A stretch of DNA of 64,000 bases, taken from assembly GCA_964016885.1 (NCBI GenBank), contig OZ024748.1, positions 21,700,001 to 21,764,000 of the forward strand. Direction: 5' to 3'. The translations under genes were made by a program, and so were the position numbers. This DNA is from Eledone cirrhosa. Taxonomy: Eukaryota. The notes beneath the pieces were generated by a model that was not told where the DNA came from, made no database searches, and was given only the letters and a program-made list of their open reading frames with translations. Positions 12,953 through 28,303 of this stretch are shown here, in pieces; the stretch's first letter is position 1; each line of letters starts with the position of its first letter.

Positions 12953-15900
12953 CTAAAAAAGAAAAAAATTCATAGAAACAATAACAGCCTATTCTTAATA
13001 CAGTTGAAATCTTCAGAAATGGAAATACTGGCTTTCACAGAGAAGAACCTGTGTTAGTATATTGTGTAGTTCTAGGTCAAATAGACTAGGTGATTTTAAG
13101 ATGCGATGTTTGTGCATATATATAGTGTAGTCGGTTTAGATGTAAACAATACTGAAACAGAGGAGAGATACTATTAATAGTATCCAGAGAATAACATGCT
13201 CTTGTAACTTTTCAAACCTGACTTGAATGCTTACAAACAGGGGCTCTGCCAAGGGGTGTTAAACTAGGTGACAGATTACATCTACCACCCAAATAGGCCA
13301 CAACTGATATCTTATCTGACACTTAACAATTCCACCAGTCTAACACCCTCAACTGCTAGTTTATTTTATCAATCCCGACAGGATGAAAGGCAAAGTTGAC
13401 TTTGGCTGGATTTGAACTCTGATCCAGAACAAATACCAGAAGGTATTGTATCTTATGCTCTAATGACTCAATTCAACTGATAATAATATCAAGTACAATT
13501 TCCCAGTTTCTGTATTATGGTGATTGTAAAGAGACCAATGAAAATATACAAGAAATAAGTGGGTTAGTTTGTGATCTAAGATTAGGCCTTTACAGATAAG
13601 TGGTTGTATTTTTAAATATTTCTTTGTTATAATATGTTTTGGTTCATCATTACCGTTTAACGTCCATTTTTCCACGCTAGCAACATAACCATGTCAGTCA
13701 GAAAATTATACAATATAAGAAGAAATTCCAAGCATGGACTAGAAAGAAGGGGCCTCAGAGTCAACTTGACAAAGACTAAGGTCCTCGTAAGTAAGACGAG
13801 AAAACAGAACCCAGATCCCTCAGGGAAATGGCCTTGTTCAATATGCAGGAAAGGTGTGGGTAGAAATTCCATCCTCTGCCCCAAATGCAAACTATGGGTG
13901 CACAAGAGATGTAGTGGGATCTCAGGAAGTCTAGATAAGAATGTAGGCTTTACATGTAGCAGTTGCACCGGGACAGTAAGTAGCAAACAGCCACAAATTC
14001 TGGGAGGGCTCTGTAGAAACAGTAGACAGCTTCTATCTAGGTGACCAAATTAGCAGTGGAGGGGGGGTGTTCTGAAAGTACAGTAACCAGAGTAAAAACG
14101 GGATGGAAGAAATTCAAGGAGCTACTACCACTGATAGCTACAAAAAGCTTTTCTCTCAAACTGAAAGGCAGACTATGATGCGTGCATACGAACAGCAATG
14201 TTACATGGAAGTGAGACCCGAGTGTTGTGTGCAGAAGACTTGTGTAGATTAGAAAGAAACGAAGCTTGCGTAATAGTAATATATGCGAACAGCAAAGCAT
14301 AAACGAATTAAGAGAGAGAGACAAAGCATAAGAGAAATCAAATGTGTGCAGGAGAGGAGATTGCATTGGTATGGACATGTGATGTGTATGAAGGATGACA
14401 ATTGCATAAAAAGGTACACAGCACTAAAAGTCGATGGAAGCCTTGGAGTGGGGAGACCCAAGACCTGGAATGAGGTGATAAAAACTGACCTTGCCCAATT
14501 GCACATCTCAAAGGCGATGACACAGGACCGAGACTTCTGGCGTTACGCGGTAATACAGAAGACCAGAGTTCTCATGGGTACAGAGCGAAGCTGAAGCATA
14601 TAGACAATATGCCCCCACGCCCCTCCTGCTGTAAAGTGGTCATGTAGGTGTCACGACAAAAAGCACCCAGTACTCACTGGTTGGTGTTAGGAAGGGCATC
14701 CAACTGTAGAAACCAAGCCAAAATCAGTCCTGTATGAGCAAGATACAATCACCTGACCTGGCATTGCCCACAACAGGACAATCCGTCTCACCCATGCTAG
14801 CATGGAGTTATTGACGTAAAGGGATGATGATGAAAGTATTTATTTATTGTAATTAATTGGAGGATGTAAATAAAATTTTATATATTAATAGGTTCAAGGT
14901 TAATAATTAATATAATTGTTTCTACTATAGATACAAGGATAGCAATTTGAAGGGAAGGGGAAAGTCAATTAAATCAACCCCAGTGCATTACTAGTGCTTT
15001 ATTTTAACGACCCTGTAAGAATGAAAGGCAAAGCTACCCTCGGCGGGATGTGAACCCAGAACGTAGATTCATGTAACTCTATGCTGTGAAGCATGGTGTC
15101 TGATGCTCTACCGATACAGCCAATCTAAATGTGCACAGCTGATGCATCACTGTTTATAATGGATCATTTAGGAAATGTTGGATCTTACCGAAACTAGGCT
15201 GAGGGTATCTTTTAGCCTTTGGTTCCTCAAGGTCTTCATTAGATCGTTTCCGTCTAAGTGAAGTCTTCTGACCCACAAATTCAGGATTAGTTTGAGAGTG
15301 TTCCCGTGAACTGCTGCTACTTCTAGGTGGTTCAGAACCTGCAAAAAACTCCATCCTCGGACCCTGTGTTGACGAGGTATCTACAAAAGAGAAATTGATT
15401 GTATTTATAATTATAATCATCATGTAACGTCAGTTTTCCTAGCTAGCAAGGGTTGGACAGTTCTTAATTTGAGTCACTGGGGCCCACATCTCGCTTACAT
15501 ATGTACCTACACTTTACAGAGTGCCCTGAGTGTATGTAATTGTGGCAGCAGTACTAGGGAAATTGCCATGTGTTTGACATAGCTGGTGCTACCCATGTTA
15601 GCGTGGAAGATGGACGTTAAACAATGATGATGGACAGTCCTCCTGACCCTTTGTTTGGCAGGTTTTCTATAGCTGGATGCCCTTCTTATCACCAACCACT
15701 TTACAGAGTGCATTTACCATGTAGATCACCAACACTAGAGAGGTTGTGTCCTTGTTACAAATAAAATGTCCTCTCATTGAAGAAAGATATTGACAATGAA
15801 AGACAAAACAAAGAAAACCAGAGATAGGAGGAAAAGGAAAGGCAATGACCACAAACATTTTGTAGCAGAGTTGGGTCTCAAACTGTTTGGTAAAAAATGA

Positions 15901-17364
15901 AACTTGACATAACATCTAAATATTTAGTTATTCTCACACCTGACACTTGATCTAAATATTTGTAACATCTAGTTAAGATAACGAATAACCAGCAGCAGCA
16001 ACTGGTGGTGGTGGAGATAGTGTTGGTGGTAGTGAGGGAGAATTGTTGGTGGTGGTGGTGGAAGTAGTGTCGTTGGTGGTAGTGAGGGAGAATTGTTGGT
16101 GGAGTGTTGTTAGTGGTGGTGGTGGTAGAAGTAGTGTCGTTGGTGGTTGAGGTAGTGAGGGAGAATTGTTGGTGGAGTGTTGTTACTGGTGGTGGTGGTA
16201 GAGGTAGTGAGGGAGAATTGTTGGAGTGTTGTTAATTGTGGTGGTGGTAGAGGTAGTGAGGGAGAATTGTTGGAGTGTTGTTAGTGGTGGTAGAGGTAGT
16301 GCTGGTGATGGGGGTGGTGGCAGATGTAGTGTTGTTGGTGATGGAGTGGTGGTGGGAGGAGAGATGGTGGGGATTGTGGTTTACATACCGGTAATGAGCT
16401 GGACAGGCAAGAACAAAAACAGACATGTATACATACTGAACACACTTATTCACAGACACAAAAACTCAAGACATTGATATACGCATATATCCACACTACA
16501 TGTACTTAAAAATAATAATAATGAAATTATTGTGTACAGTGCTCAGGTGCACTACAACTCATCAAAGGTGCATGTAGAATACTGTACAAATGTCAGGAAA
16601 GTGAACAGTGTATGAGTCATGATATACATGTGTGTGTGGTGGGGTGATATCAGATGTAGTGTTGGTGAATTTCAGGAAGCATGGAGGTTTTAAAGGATGC
16701 AGTGTCTCGGCAGCTAACAACTGATGCAGGTAGTTTGTTCCATGCTTCAGCAACTCTGAGCATGAAAAAATGTTTTCGAAAGTCATGGGAACTGTGCTGA
16801 TTTCTGACTTTGTAGGCATTTACATTTAGATACGAACACCATCTTGGGTCTCGATTATTTTTACATGATTAATACGACCCTTAATAAATCCTCAAACTCA
16901 CCCTTATTGGTTGCTGTATGGATGTTGGCAGATGATTGACCAGATGGTTGATCAGACCGCTCACGTTGGCCTTTCTCTTCGTCAGTTGGGGCTGAAACAA
17001 AAACAGGAGTCTATAATAAATATGTTTATATCTAATTAATCTGACATTATTCAACACTGAGAAGACAGCTGGTGAGTTTGCCTGTGTGAATATTTCCTGA
17101 TGATTTCTTTTTAATGAAACAGTTCTAGTCCTGTAGAAGCCATTTCTACATTAAACATGATGTTTACACTCTACTAATGTATTGAGTACCTTACTAACTG
17201 AGGCTACCCTCGATTGAACCCAGGACTCATACATATATATATTTATATATATCATCATCACCATTTAACATCTATTTTCCATAGTGACAATGGCTGGATC
17301 GGACTTCTTATGGCATGCAGGGATATGGTGTACCAAGTCACCTCTAAGGGTAAACATAGATATG

Positions 17365-17405
<41 letters not shown>

Positions 17406-17412
17406 GATATAT

Positions 17413-17465
<53 letters not shown>

Positions 17466-17480
17466 TAGATAGATATATAG

Positions 17481-17513
<33 letters not shown>

Positions 17514-20154
17514 CATTAGTGAGCCTATGCCATTGAATTTGACAGTGGTACACATACATCATCATCATCATCATTTTACGTCCGCTTTTCCCTGCTTGCA
17601 AGGGTGGAGACATATTATATATATATAAAGTTATTCTTATGCATGATATATGTAAAGGAGTGGGAAAAAGTCCTGACAATGAATGAATTGAAGTAGAAGA
17701 GGTGAGGTTTCTTAGATGGGTGGATAACTGGCCTTTGGGAACCTTCTAAATATATGTCGCTAGCAAATTAGAAACCAACATTGTATTAACATCTTAGTAT
17801 ATCACTTACATTTGGTGTAAATATATAAAACTTACTACAAAAGAAAATTGAGTGTCACAATTAATGTTATGCTGGTTCAAATCTTAAATAAATCACATTT
17901 TTATTTTTCAACTTTACTCTCTTATGATCAGTAATGTGAGGGAATATATATATAAGCTAACTCATACCAGCAGAGTAAGAAAGATGTTGGTCTTATAATG
18001 ATGATTATCATCATTGAATGTCTAATTTCCCAGCTAGCAAGAGTTGGATGGGTCTACATATTCCAAGTCAGTACTGAAGCAGGGCTACTGACTTCCAAGC
18101 AAGGCAAAGGAGTCTGCATCCTACTTACGTAGGGTCATATGTTCAATCAAGTTGTCATGTCTTTTGTCACAAACTGAAGGGTAATGATAATTATGTACAA
18201 ACATAGTGTATAAAGAAGAATCCATAGAAAAAACCCCATTAGAAATGAGAAATAGTTTAGGTAAATGTACCATGAGGGACAATGTTTCTGTCTTGTGTTG
18301 ATGACACAGGTTTCCCAGTTTGTTGTACAGCTTTCCCAGTTTGTTGTACAGCTTTCCCAGTTTGTTGCACAGCTTTCCCAGTTTCTTGTACAGGCTTTTC
18401 TGAATCACTTGGTTGTTTATCAGCAGATTCTGAGATTGTAAATTTGGTTGATTGAGCAGGTTTGTAATAGCCAGGAGCCTCAGGCAATGGCCAACTGCAG
18501 GTCTTACCATAATTACCACTTCCTAAATTTAAAAAAAATAAAATTAAAAAAAAAAAAAAAAATCAAGAAAAATTATTTGAAAAAACAAAATAAATTTACA
18601 ATTTAAATTGTCAAAAACATTTTTCCAACAATGGGAGAGCAATCAACATGTCATGAGGATAAAAGAGAGAGTTGCATTTGGCAGAATATTGAGACAAACA
18701 CACACAAATGTAAATATGTAAATAGATAGCTCTCTCTCTCTCACACCGGGTGATGTGTTGTTTCCTTGAGCAAGACACTTTATTTCACATTGCTCCAGTT
18801 TACTCAGCTGTAGAAATGAGATGATAGGAACTGGGGTCCATATCATTCCACTGCTAAGTGGTCGTGGAGGTGCCAGCAAAAAAGCACCCAGCACTCACTG
18901 TAAATGAGGTTGGTGTTAGGGAGGGCATCCAGCTGTAGAAATCAAGCCAGAATCAATTCCTGTCCCACCCTTGCAAGCAGGGAAAAGCGGACGTAAAATG
19001 ATGATGATGATGATGATATATATATACACACACACACACATACACTGTATCGAACTAACTTATGACTTAGGTATCCCTGCTGATGAGTGTAACAGCCCGG
19101 TTACTTAAATATCTGCACATATTACGTGATTTTCTGAACATATCTGCTTTGTGAAGATATGTTGCACAGAAACGATTTCAACCAGGGGATGAGAATGTTA
19201 CCTTTCTCTCTATCTAAACACTGCCACCATATCTGCTATTAACTAAATGAGTGCACTCAGAACGGCTAACTGCATTACTGCAATTCGGCAGATTCATTGA
19301 GTGAGGTAGATGCTAGTCGGGGACCGTTGAATTAATCTTCGTTAATTTTATATGTATATATATATATAAGAATAACATTAAGAAAGATGATGTGATTACA
19401 TAAATCGTTTATTCATTGTAAGTATTTCAATGGTTCCCTTATGCAATCCAAGATGTAGTATATGCATTTGTTGTTGGTATGGGAACAATATCTTCAGATG
19501 AAATATCCATTTATGTGATATGCTGCAGGTGAAAAACAACATGTTCTTTTTGCGTGCCTGGCATATCGTTCCCATACCAACAACAAATGCATATACTACA
19601 TCTTGGATTGCATAAGGGAATCACTGAAATAATTATAATGAATGAACGATTTATGTAATCTCAACATCTTTCTTAATGTTATTCTTATGCTGAATCTCCA
19701 TTGTAACACACTACGAATGTAGAGAGCTTTCTCTTTTTTACCAAAACTTTATTTTTATATATGTATATATCATCATCATCATTTTACATCCACTTTTCCC
19801 TGCTTGCAAGGGTGGGACGGGAACTGATTCTGGATGCCCTTCCTAACACCAACCTCATTTACAGTGAGTGGTGGGTGCTTTTTTGCCGTGGCACCTCCAC
19901 GACCACTTTGCAGTGGAATGATATGGACCCCAGTCCCTATCATCTCATTTCTACAGCTAAGTAAACTGAGTATGTATATATATATATATATATATGTCCA
20001 TTATTTATGCCTAAATAATGAGTCTTGTTACTCTGGAGTTCCACCTGTTTATCACTCCCGAGTAACAAGACTCACTATTTAGCCTTAATAAAATGCATAT
20101 TTAAACTATGTCGGTACTCAGTACTCTTTTCTCTCAGTCATCAACCATATACGG

Positions 20155-20189
<35 letters not shown>

Positions 20190-20728
20190 TATATATATAG
20201 ATATATGTGTGTGTGTAAAATAATAATAATGAGAATTATTGTGTACAGTGCTCAGGTGCACTACAACTCATCAAAGGTACATGTAGAGTACATAGAATAA
20301 GGTACAAATGTCAGAAAAGTGAACAGTGTAGGAGTCGTGATATACGCAGAGACGTGCGTGTGTATGGAGGTGGAATATCAGGTCAAGTGTTAGTGAATTT
20401 CGGGAAGCACGCAAGTTTTGAAGGATGCAGTGTCTTGACAGCTAACAACTGATGCAGGTACTTTGTTCCAAGCTTCAGCAACTCTGAGCGTGAAAAAATG
20501 GAAAGATGGTTAAAAATCTTGTCAGTTGCCAGATGTTGGAGCTTTAATGTATCCGTGCCTAGGAAAGCAAAGCACTCAAAGTATGGTAGATGCCTGATGG
20601 AGAGTATTCATTTAGTAGCACATCCCTGAACAATATTCTGAGCAAGATAGGGGGTTCCAGGCAGGTGATGCAAATTTTAAGTGTGGACGCACCATAGCTA
20701 TATACAACTTTAAAGAGGGAGAGAGAAA

Positions 20729-20800
<72 letters not shown>

Positions 20801-23800
20801 TCCAAGTTACTTTAATGATGTTATACTAACTTTTAGCATCTGGATTTTCTTTTGTCACTGCAGGAGATGCTGGTGGCCAAGAATGTATGGCACCAGATGT
20901 GCTGCCCTTTGGGATTTGCTCTGGATTTTCTTCGGGTGCAATTGCTAGGAAGATAATAATATTGATAATAATAATGATGATTGGTGGTAATAATTTCTTA
21001 CAAAGGAAAAATGGTTTAGATGTTTATTTTGGAAAAAATAGGAAGCTGTAATGTTCATGCTATCACAGTAATAATAGTTTTTATCATATAAGGAGGACTA
21101 GAGGAGAGAGTGATAGTGAGATGGTAGTTAGTAAGGTAGAAGTTGAGTTGGAAATATCGTAAGTCTAAAAAAGGAGTTGATAGTAACAGAAAATAACTTC
21201 TTTTTCTTTGCCCATTTATTCCTGTCAGAAGCAACCATCTCCAACTGATCTGTCTGGATCCCCAAGCGAGACCAGCCAAGCTTATGGATCTTATCCAGCC
21301 ATCTTGCACGGGATCTACCCATGGGTCTCCTGCCAGTTGGTTTTGACTTAAAAATCTGTCCAGCGATTCTTTCATGAGACACTCTAATCACATGACCATA
21401 GTATCGGAGCTGTGATCTCTCAATTTGGAGAAGTAGTGGCTCTACCTGGAGTAACTCTCTGATCTCTGAGATACACTCTCTATCGAGTAAAGTTACTCAA
21501 AAACTCTTCGGAGGAATCCCATTTCAGCTGCTTGTATTCGCAATCTTTCGGTCATTATGTAAATAACAACTTACGGTAGTTCATTACTGGAGATATTTCA
21601 GCTACAGGAGGAGGAGCAGGTTGAAGAGCCCAAGGTGGTGGTGCTTGAATCTCCCATGGTATTTCATCACTGGGGAGGTCAGACGTAGTTGATAAAAAGA
21701 TTTCAAATTTTGTAGGGTTATCTAACATTTCCCCAATGTTAACGAGAAAGTCCCTGAAAGATAAGAACAAGAGTTTTAAAATTCAAGAACATTTATTTGT
21801 GATAGAATTTATAGAATATGATGTAAATATAAGTAAAACTTACTTCAAACTTAAAAAGCAAAATTGATCACAGCTACTGAAATAGCGAGCTATATGATTG
21901 TTCAAATTCTTGAAATCTAAATAATTTTCCTGAACATAGAACATATTGTCATATATGAGGCAGGTTTCATGTTGAAGAACAAGAATTTCTGTGTTTGGAA
22001 TAAAAGTATACCACACCTCAAGTTCTTGAACCTACAAAAATAAATATAATAATAAAATAAAAATTAGTCAATTAGATAAACAAACACAGTTGAAAGTAGC
22101 TATATACACCCTGGATATACACCAACAAACTGTTTGTAGGCACTGACAAAGCTATATAAGATACTGTAAAATTTTAGTTTTTGAGCATGCAGGTATGCTT
22201 GAATATACACACATTTATGTCAATATTTGCATACATTTAACAGACACACATATACACACAACACAAACACACTCAAATAACACACACACACATGATAGTT
22301 GAAGTGAAGCAGTTGAACTAACCTTAACAAATGTCCAATGTACAACTGTATCATGAAACCTCATTTGTTTCCATTTATCATAAATTTCTGGGAAAGAATT
22401 GTACAGGTAACACTGAATTGGATATATAATTTGATGCATGTAGTTTTGGAGTTCATAGCAAGGCTTGAACATTTCCGTTTTGATGTCTTCTTTAATGCAA
22501 TTACTCAGAAAACCAATCTTAAACAAATCATAAAAATATCGGATATGTTTTCTCTTCTCATCTAAAAAAAATATGAAAAGGAAAAAAAGATATTAGATGT
22601 AATAATGTGAACATATATATAAACATATTTTAGTCATATAGTCAAAGGTAAACATATATAAATGTATTTTAGTCATACTGTCAAAGGTGAACATATATAT
22701 AAACATATTTTAGTCATATAGTCAAAGGTAAACATATATAAATGTATTTTAGTCATACTGTCAAAGGTGAACATATATATAAATGTATTTTAGTCATATA
22801 GTCAAAGGTAAACATATATATAAACATATTTTAGTCATATAGTCAAAGGTGAACATATATATATAAATGTATTTTAGTCATATAGTCAAAGGTGAACATA
22901 TATATAAATGTATTTTAGTCATATAGTCAAAGGTGAACATATATATAAATGTATTTTAGTCATATAGTCAAAGGTGAACATATATATAAATGTATTTTAG
23001 TCATATAGTCAAAGGTAAACATATATATAAATGTATTTTAGTCAAACTGTGAAAGAATCATTATAAGACACAGTACAACAGAAGAGGACCTGGTAGCTAT
23101 AGAATTGACATAAACTGGTTTTGTGATCTTACTGACCATATAACAACGTTTGGTGGTCATATTTAAAAAATAATACAAATATTGACCTTACATTAATAGA
23201 CTGTGTGGAGTCTTTTTTTATTTTAATTACAATCATTTAAATAGAATATTAATGCACTCACCAAGTTATTCTCTACAATTCTAACAGACTATGGACATCA
23301 GCATAGTTAAGCATACAATTATAGTTGTTTCAGTTTTTAGATAATGATTGGTGCAACCAAGAAAAACCATTGGTCAACAAATACAGTATATAAGATATTG
23401 TAAGGGTGTGTATCCAGTTTAGAATACGTACACTGTATCCCTGTGTGGTGTAAGAAGTGACTAAAAGGGTTGATATCAGGAAGGGCATCTGACTGTGAAA
23501 CATTACCTTAAAAAGTGCTGTCCAACACATTCCAGCATAGAAAAATCAACAGAAAAAATGTTGCTGCTGATGATGATAGCAATGAAATGTGTCTCCCCAT
23601 GGACCTTAATTTATAGCAAGATAAACTGAATAGAATCGTAAAAACATTTGCCAAACTCAATAAAATCCCATTATCTACTACCTGAAAACTTACCTGTAAT
23701 TTTTCTCTTTTTCTTGTTGATCGTTTCATATTCCAAGTCAATGAAGTTGAGTTTGTCCTTAAACATTTTCTCATACTCCTTGTTGTCTGCAATAACTGGA

Positions 23801-26800
23801 ATGTCTTGTAAGCTAACCAATTTATTTCTCTTGGTTGGAAATATATTCTCACTCTGAAGTATTTCAACAAGTTTTCTTTTCTGTTGTTCCATAACCTCCA
23901 AGAGTTCTGGTTTCTTTGACATATTACATATGTGTATCTTTTCCCCTATCAGAAAATAAAGTTCCATCATGCTCTGCAAGCCATCTTCCTCTAAGTATGA
24001 TAAAACTTGGATAAGCTCTCCATAATCTTGCAGGAGGGGAAACCTAGCTATTCGAACTGTCTCAAAGAAAAAATCTTCTGCGTCAGAGTAGAAATTTTGA
24101 ACTCCGCTCTTCAGACTACAATTTTTCTTATACTTCTTCAGTGAATCCTTATGTTTTTCAATCAATCCTGTGCTGTCATTCCACCAGATTTCTTCTCGTT
24201 TGTACATTTGGCCAATCACATAATCACGGCGAAAGCCGTCAGAACTATTTGGCACAAAAATCACAGGTTTATATAGGAAAATATTCTTTACTTCATCATT
24301 GGTAAGATGTTTTGACAAATATATATAAACAGATTTCATATGCTTCAGTGAACCACATAATTCCATTTTTTCAACATCATTGGTACGTTCTCCCCACTTG
24401 ATGAGAAGATTGCTAATGTCTTTGGGATTAATACTAGTCTTAATATTGAGGAATTCACAGAAAGCAGCATTAGACAACTGATTCCTTGTATAGGAAGCAG
24501 CATGACCAAGCAAGTGCTTCAAATTTTCTGAGTTCATGTACAAACTGTTTGACACTTGTTCAGAAAACTTCTTGTTAACATTCACAGTACCATTAATGTT
24601 CTCAAGTTTTATTTCTTCTGCTGGGAACCAAGGCAATGTCTGTAAATTTATAGCAAAGGAAGTAGGTATTTCTTTGAGAATGTGGCCATCACTTGTCTTC
24701 ACAGTTGTCATGATATATCTATCATATCCTCCTTTCCAAAGCCCATCAATTTTCATGCAGAGAACATCCATCTGTTTGGAGAATGAATCTATATTTCTAT
24801 TTTGCTTTACTAAAGATTCAAATTCCTGGCATGTTTGATCAACAATCACATAATCACCAGAACAGGCTGGCCAAGTTTCATACAATGGTTTCCATGGTAA
24901 CTGATCCTAAAAGATAAATATTTAATAAACAATTATTGCAATACTGAGAAGTTATAAATACTGAACACTCTTCTAATATTGTGCAAGTTTCTGGTTTGTG
25001 AACATTATAATTCAATAATAAAATATATAATTTCATACAGAAATTATTAAAATAGTTTTATAAGGATGTGGTTAAAATATAGTTTTATAATAAAGTAGTT
25101 GAAATATAGTTTTATAATAAAGTGGTTAAAATATAGTTTTATAATAAAGTAATTAAAATATAGTTTTATAATAAAGTGGTTAAAATATAGTTTTATAATA
25201 AAGTAGTTGAAATATAGTTTTATAATAAAGTGGTTAAAATATAGTTTTATAATAAAGTGGTTAAAATATAGTTTTATAATAAAGTAATTAAAATATAGTT
25301 TTATAATAAAGTGGTTGAAATATAGTTTTATAATAAAGTAGTTGAAATATAGTTTTATAATAAAGTGGTTAAAATATAGTTTTATAATAAAGTAATTAAA
25401 ATATAGTTTTATAATAAAGTGGTTGAAATATAGTTTTATAATAAAGTAGTTGAAATATAGTTTTATAATAAAGTGGTTAAAATATAGTTTTATAATAAAG
25501 TAATTAAAATATAGTTTTATAATAAAGTGGTTGAAATATAGTTTTATAATAAAGTAGTTGAAATATAGTTTTATAATAAAGTGGTTAAAATATAGTTTTA
25601 TAATAAAGTAATTAAAATATAGTTTTATAATAAAGTGGTTGAAATATAGTTTTATAATAAAGTGGTCAAAATATAGTTTTATAATAAAGTAATCAAAATA
25701 TAGTTTTATAATAAAGTAGTCAAAATATAGTTTTATAATAAAGTGGTCAAAATATAGTTTTATAATAAAGTGGTCAAAATATAGTTTTATAATAAAGTGG
25801 TCAAAATATAGTTTTATAATAAAGTGGTCAAAATATAGTTTTATAATAAAGTGGTCAAAATATAGTTTTATAATAAAGTGGTCAAAATATAGTTTTATAA
25901 TAAAGTGGTCAAAATATAGTTTTATAATAAAGTGGTTAAAATATAGTTTTATAATAAAGTGGTTAAAATATAGTTTTATAATAAAGTGGTTAAAATATAG
26001 TTTTATAATAAAGTGGTTAAAATATAGTTTTATAATAAAGTGGTTAAAATATAGTTTTATAATAAAGTGGTCAAAATATAGTTTTATAATAAAGTGGTCA
26101 AAATATAGTTTTATAATAAAGTGGTTAAAATATAGTTTTATAATAAAGTGGTCAAAATATAGTTTTATAATAAAGTGGTTAAAATATAGTTTTATAATAA
26201 AGTGGTTAAAATATAGTTTTATAATAAAGTGGTTAAAATATAGTTTTATAATAAAGTGGTCAAAATATAGTTTTATAATATAAAGTGGTCAAAATATAGT
26301 TTTATAATAAAGTGGTCAAAATATAGTTTTATAATAAAGTGGTCAAAATAAAGTTTTATAATAAAGTGGTCAAAATATAGTTTTATAATAAAGTGGTCAA
26401 AATATAGTTTTATAATAAAGTGGTCAAAATATAGTTTTATAATAAAGTGGTCAAAATATAGTTTTATAATAAAGTGGTCAAAATATAGTTTTATTATAAA
26501 GTGGTCAAAATATAGTTTTATAATAAAGTGATTAAAATATAGTTTTATAATAAAGTGGTCATATGTAATAACAGATAAAAGAAAATTGATTTTAATCTCA
26601 GTATCATAATTGTTGTTGTTGTTGAGGTGATATAGTGTTACAGCGGCAGCAGTGTTGTTATTGAGGTGATATAGTGTTGGTGTTGCTGTTGTTGAAGTGA
26701 TGTAGTGCTGGTGGCATTGCTGTGGAGATGTAGTATTGGTGGTGGTGTTGAGGCGATATGGTGTTGATGTTGTTGAGGTGGTGGTGCAGCGTCGGTAGTG

Positions 26801-28269
26801 GTTCTGTAGTGAGTGTTGTTGTAGTGGTGGTGGTTCTGTAGTGGTGATGATGTAGTTGTAGAAGTGGTTGTAGTTCTGTGGTGATGTAATGTTGTGATAA
26901 ACAAATAAAGAGAAATAAGAAATGCTACTTACTATATTGTCTTTATTCACCTTTACAGTGGACTCTGTGATACTGAGGAAGTCAGTGACTTTCAGTTTGG
27001 AGAAAAATTCATGCCAACTAAGTCTGGCAGAAATTTCTGAGACCCCTTGCAGGTAAACATCACTGAGAAGGATCCAATCATAACCTAGAAAAAATATATA
27101 TTTATATTCAGGGACAAAACTATCTATATTGAGTGCTCTGGCATAATATGAATATATATATAGAGAGAAGTATATAGATGATGATGGTGATGATGATGAT
27201 GGTAATGGTGATGATGATCATCATCACCACCATCGTTTTTATGTCCACTTTTTCATATTTGCATGGACTGGGCAAGTCCATTCCAGCACACTGCTCTCCT
27301 AGACAGGTTGCCTTCCCTGTTATTTACAGACTCTGTATCTAGTAGTACAATTTTTATTTATTTGGAGTTACTACTCTCCTAGATGGGTTGCCTTACCTGT
27401 GGCTTATTGAACCTACATCAACCCAACAAAAGATATATTAGTTAATTCTGTGGTCAGCAGTGGGGAAAATATTATATAATGTGGTTATGATTCTGATATT
27501 TAGTCCAGTAAGTGACTGTCATTTAGGGTATGTAATATGAGCAGGTGTGGTAGGAGGTAGTGAGGGACATCTGGCCACCAAAAGGGAGTCCTGTAAGTAG
27601 TCTCCATTAGAGTACCTGTGGTTGCAAAATAAACTTCTTAATTAAACAGCTACGACATTGTCCCCAGTAAGTTAGTACCAACATTATCACTAAGCAGTTA
27701 CGACATTGTCCCCAGTAAGTTAGTACCAACATTATCACTAAGCAGTTACAACACTGTCTCTAGAGTAAGTTGGTACCAACATTACCACTAAGCAGTTACG
27801 ACACTGTCCCTAGAGTAAGTTGGTACCAACATTATCACTAGATATATGCTGGTGATATAACTGTGCTGTAAACCTTCAGGTTGGGTAAAATGATATTGAA
27901 AGTTGGTAGAGAAAGGTACTGATTATAATGCCAAACCAACATCTTGAAAAGAAGCAATCAAGATAGTCTATGGGAAAACATACTGTATGGCAGGTTTTCC
28001 ATAATAGGTAAACAAACGTGAAACTAATGATGATGAAAAATCAGTTCTTACCTTGTAGGTCTTTACTCAAGTTGATCTTATTGCCATAAGATGGAGTAAA
28101 ATGAATCGCAGCCTCATCTGGGCAGAGCAAACCTTTGTTGGTCTTCAAGTAAACAATAGAAGACAAACCAGAAAAGACAAAGGAATTTGGATTTTTATCA
28201 TTTTGGTATTTCATGAACATAACATAGTTCACCAGAACTGCTTCATTCTTCAGCTGAATATATAAAGAA

Positions 28270-28303
<34 letters not shown>

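Noticed and set aside
13800-13975. Stand-alone PHD-finger gene
   Set aside because: Part of the RTE LINE ORF; recurs at 37.8 and 40.4 kb
26273-26950. 225-aa ORF with FDHFIIKLY repeats
   Set aside because: Read-through from exon 24 into a low-complexity tract and the 27-bp minisatellite
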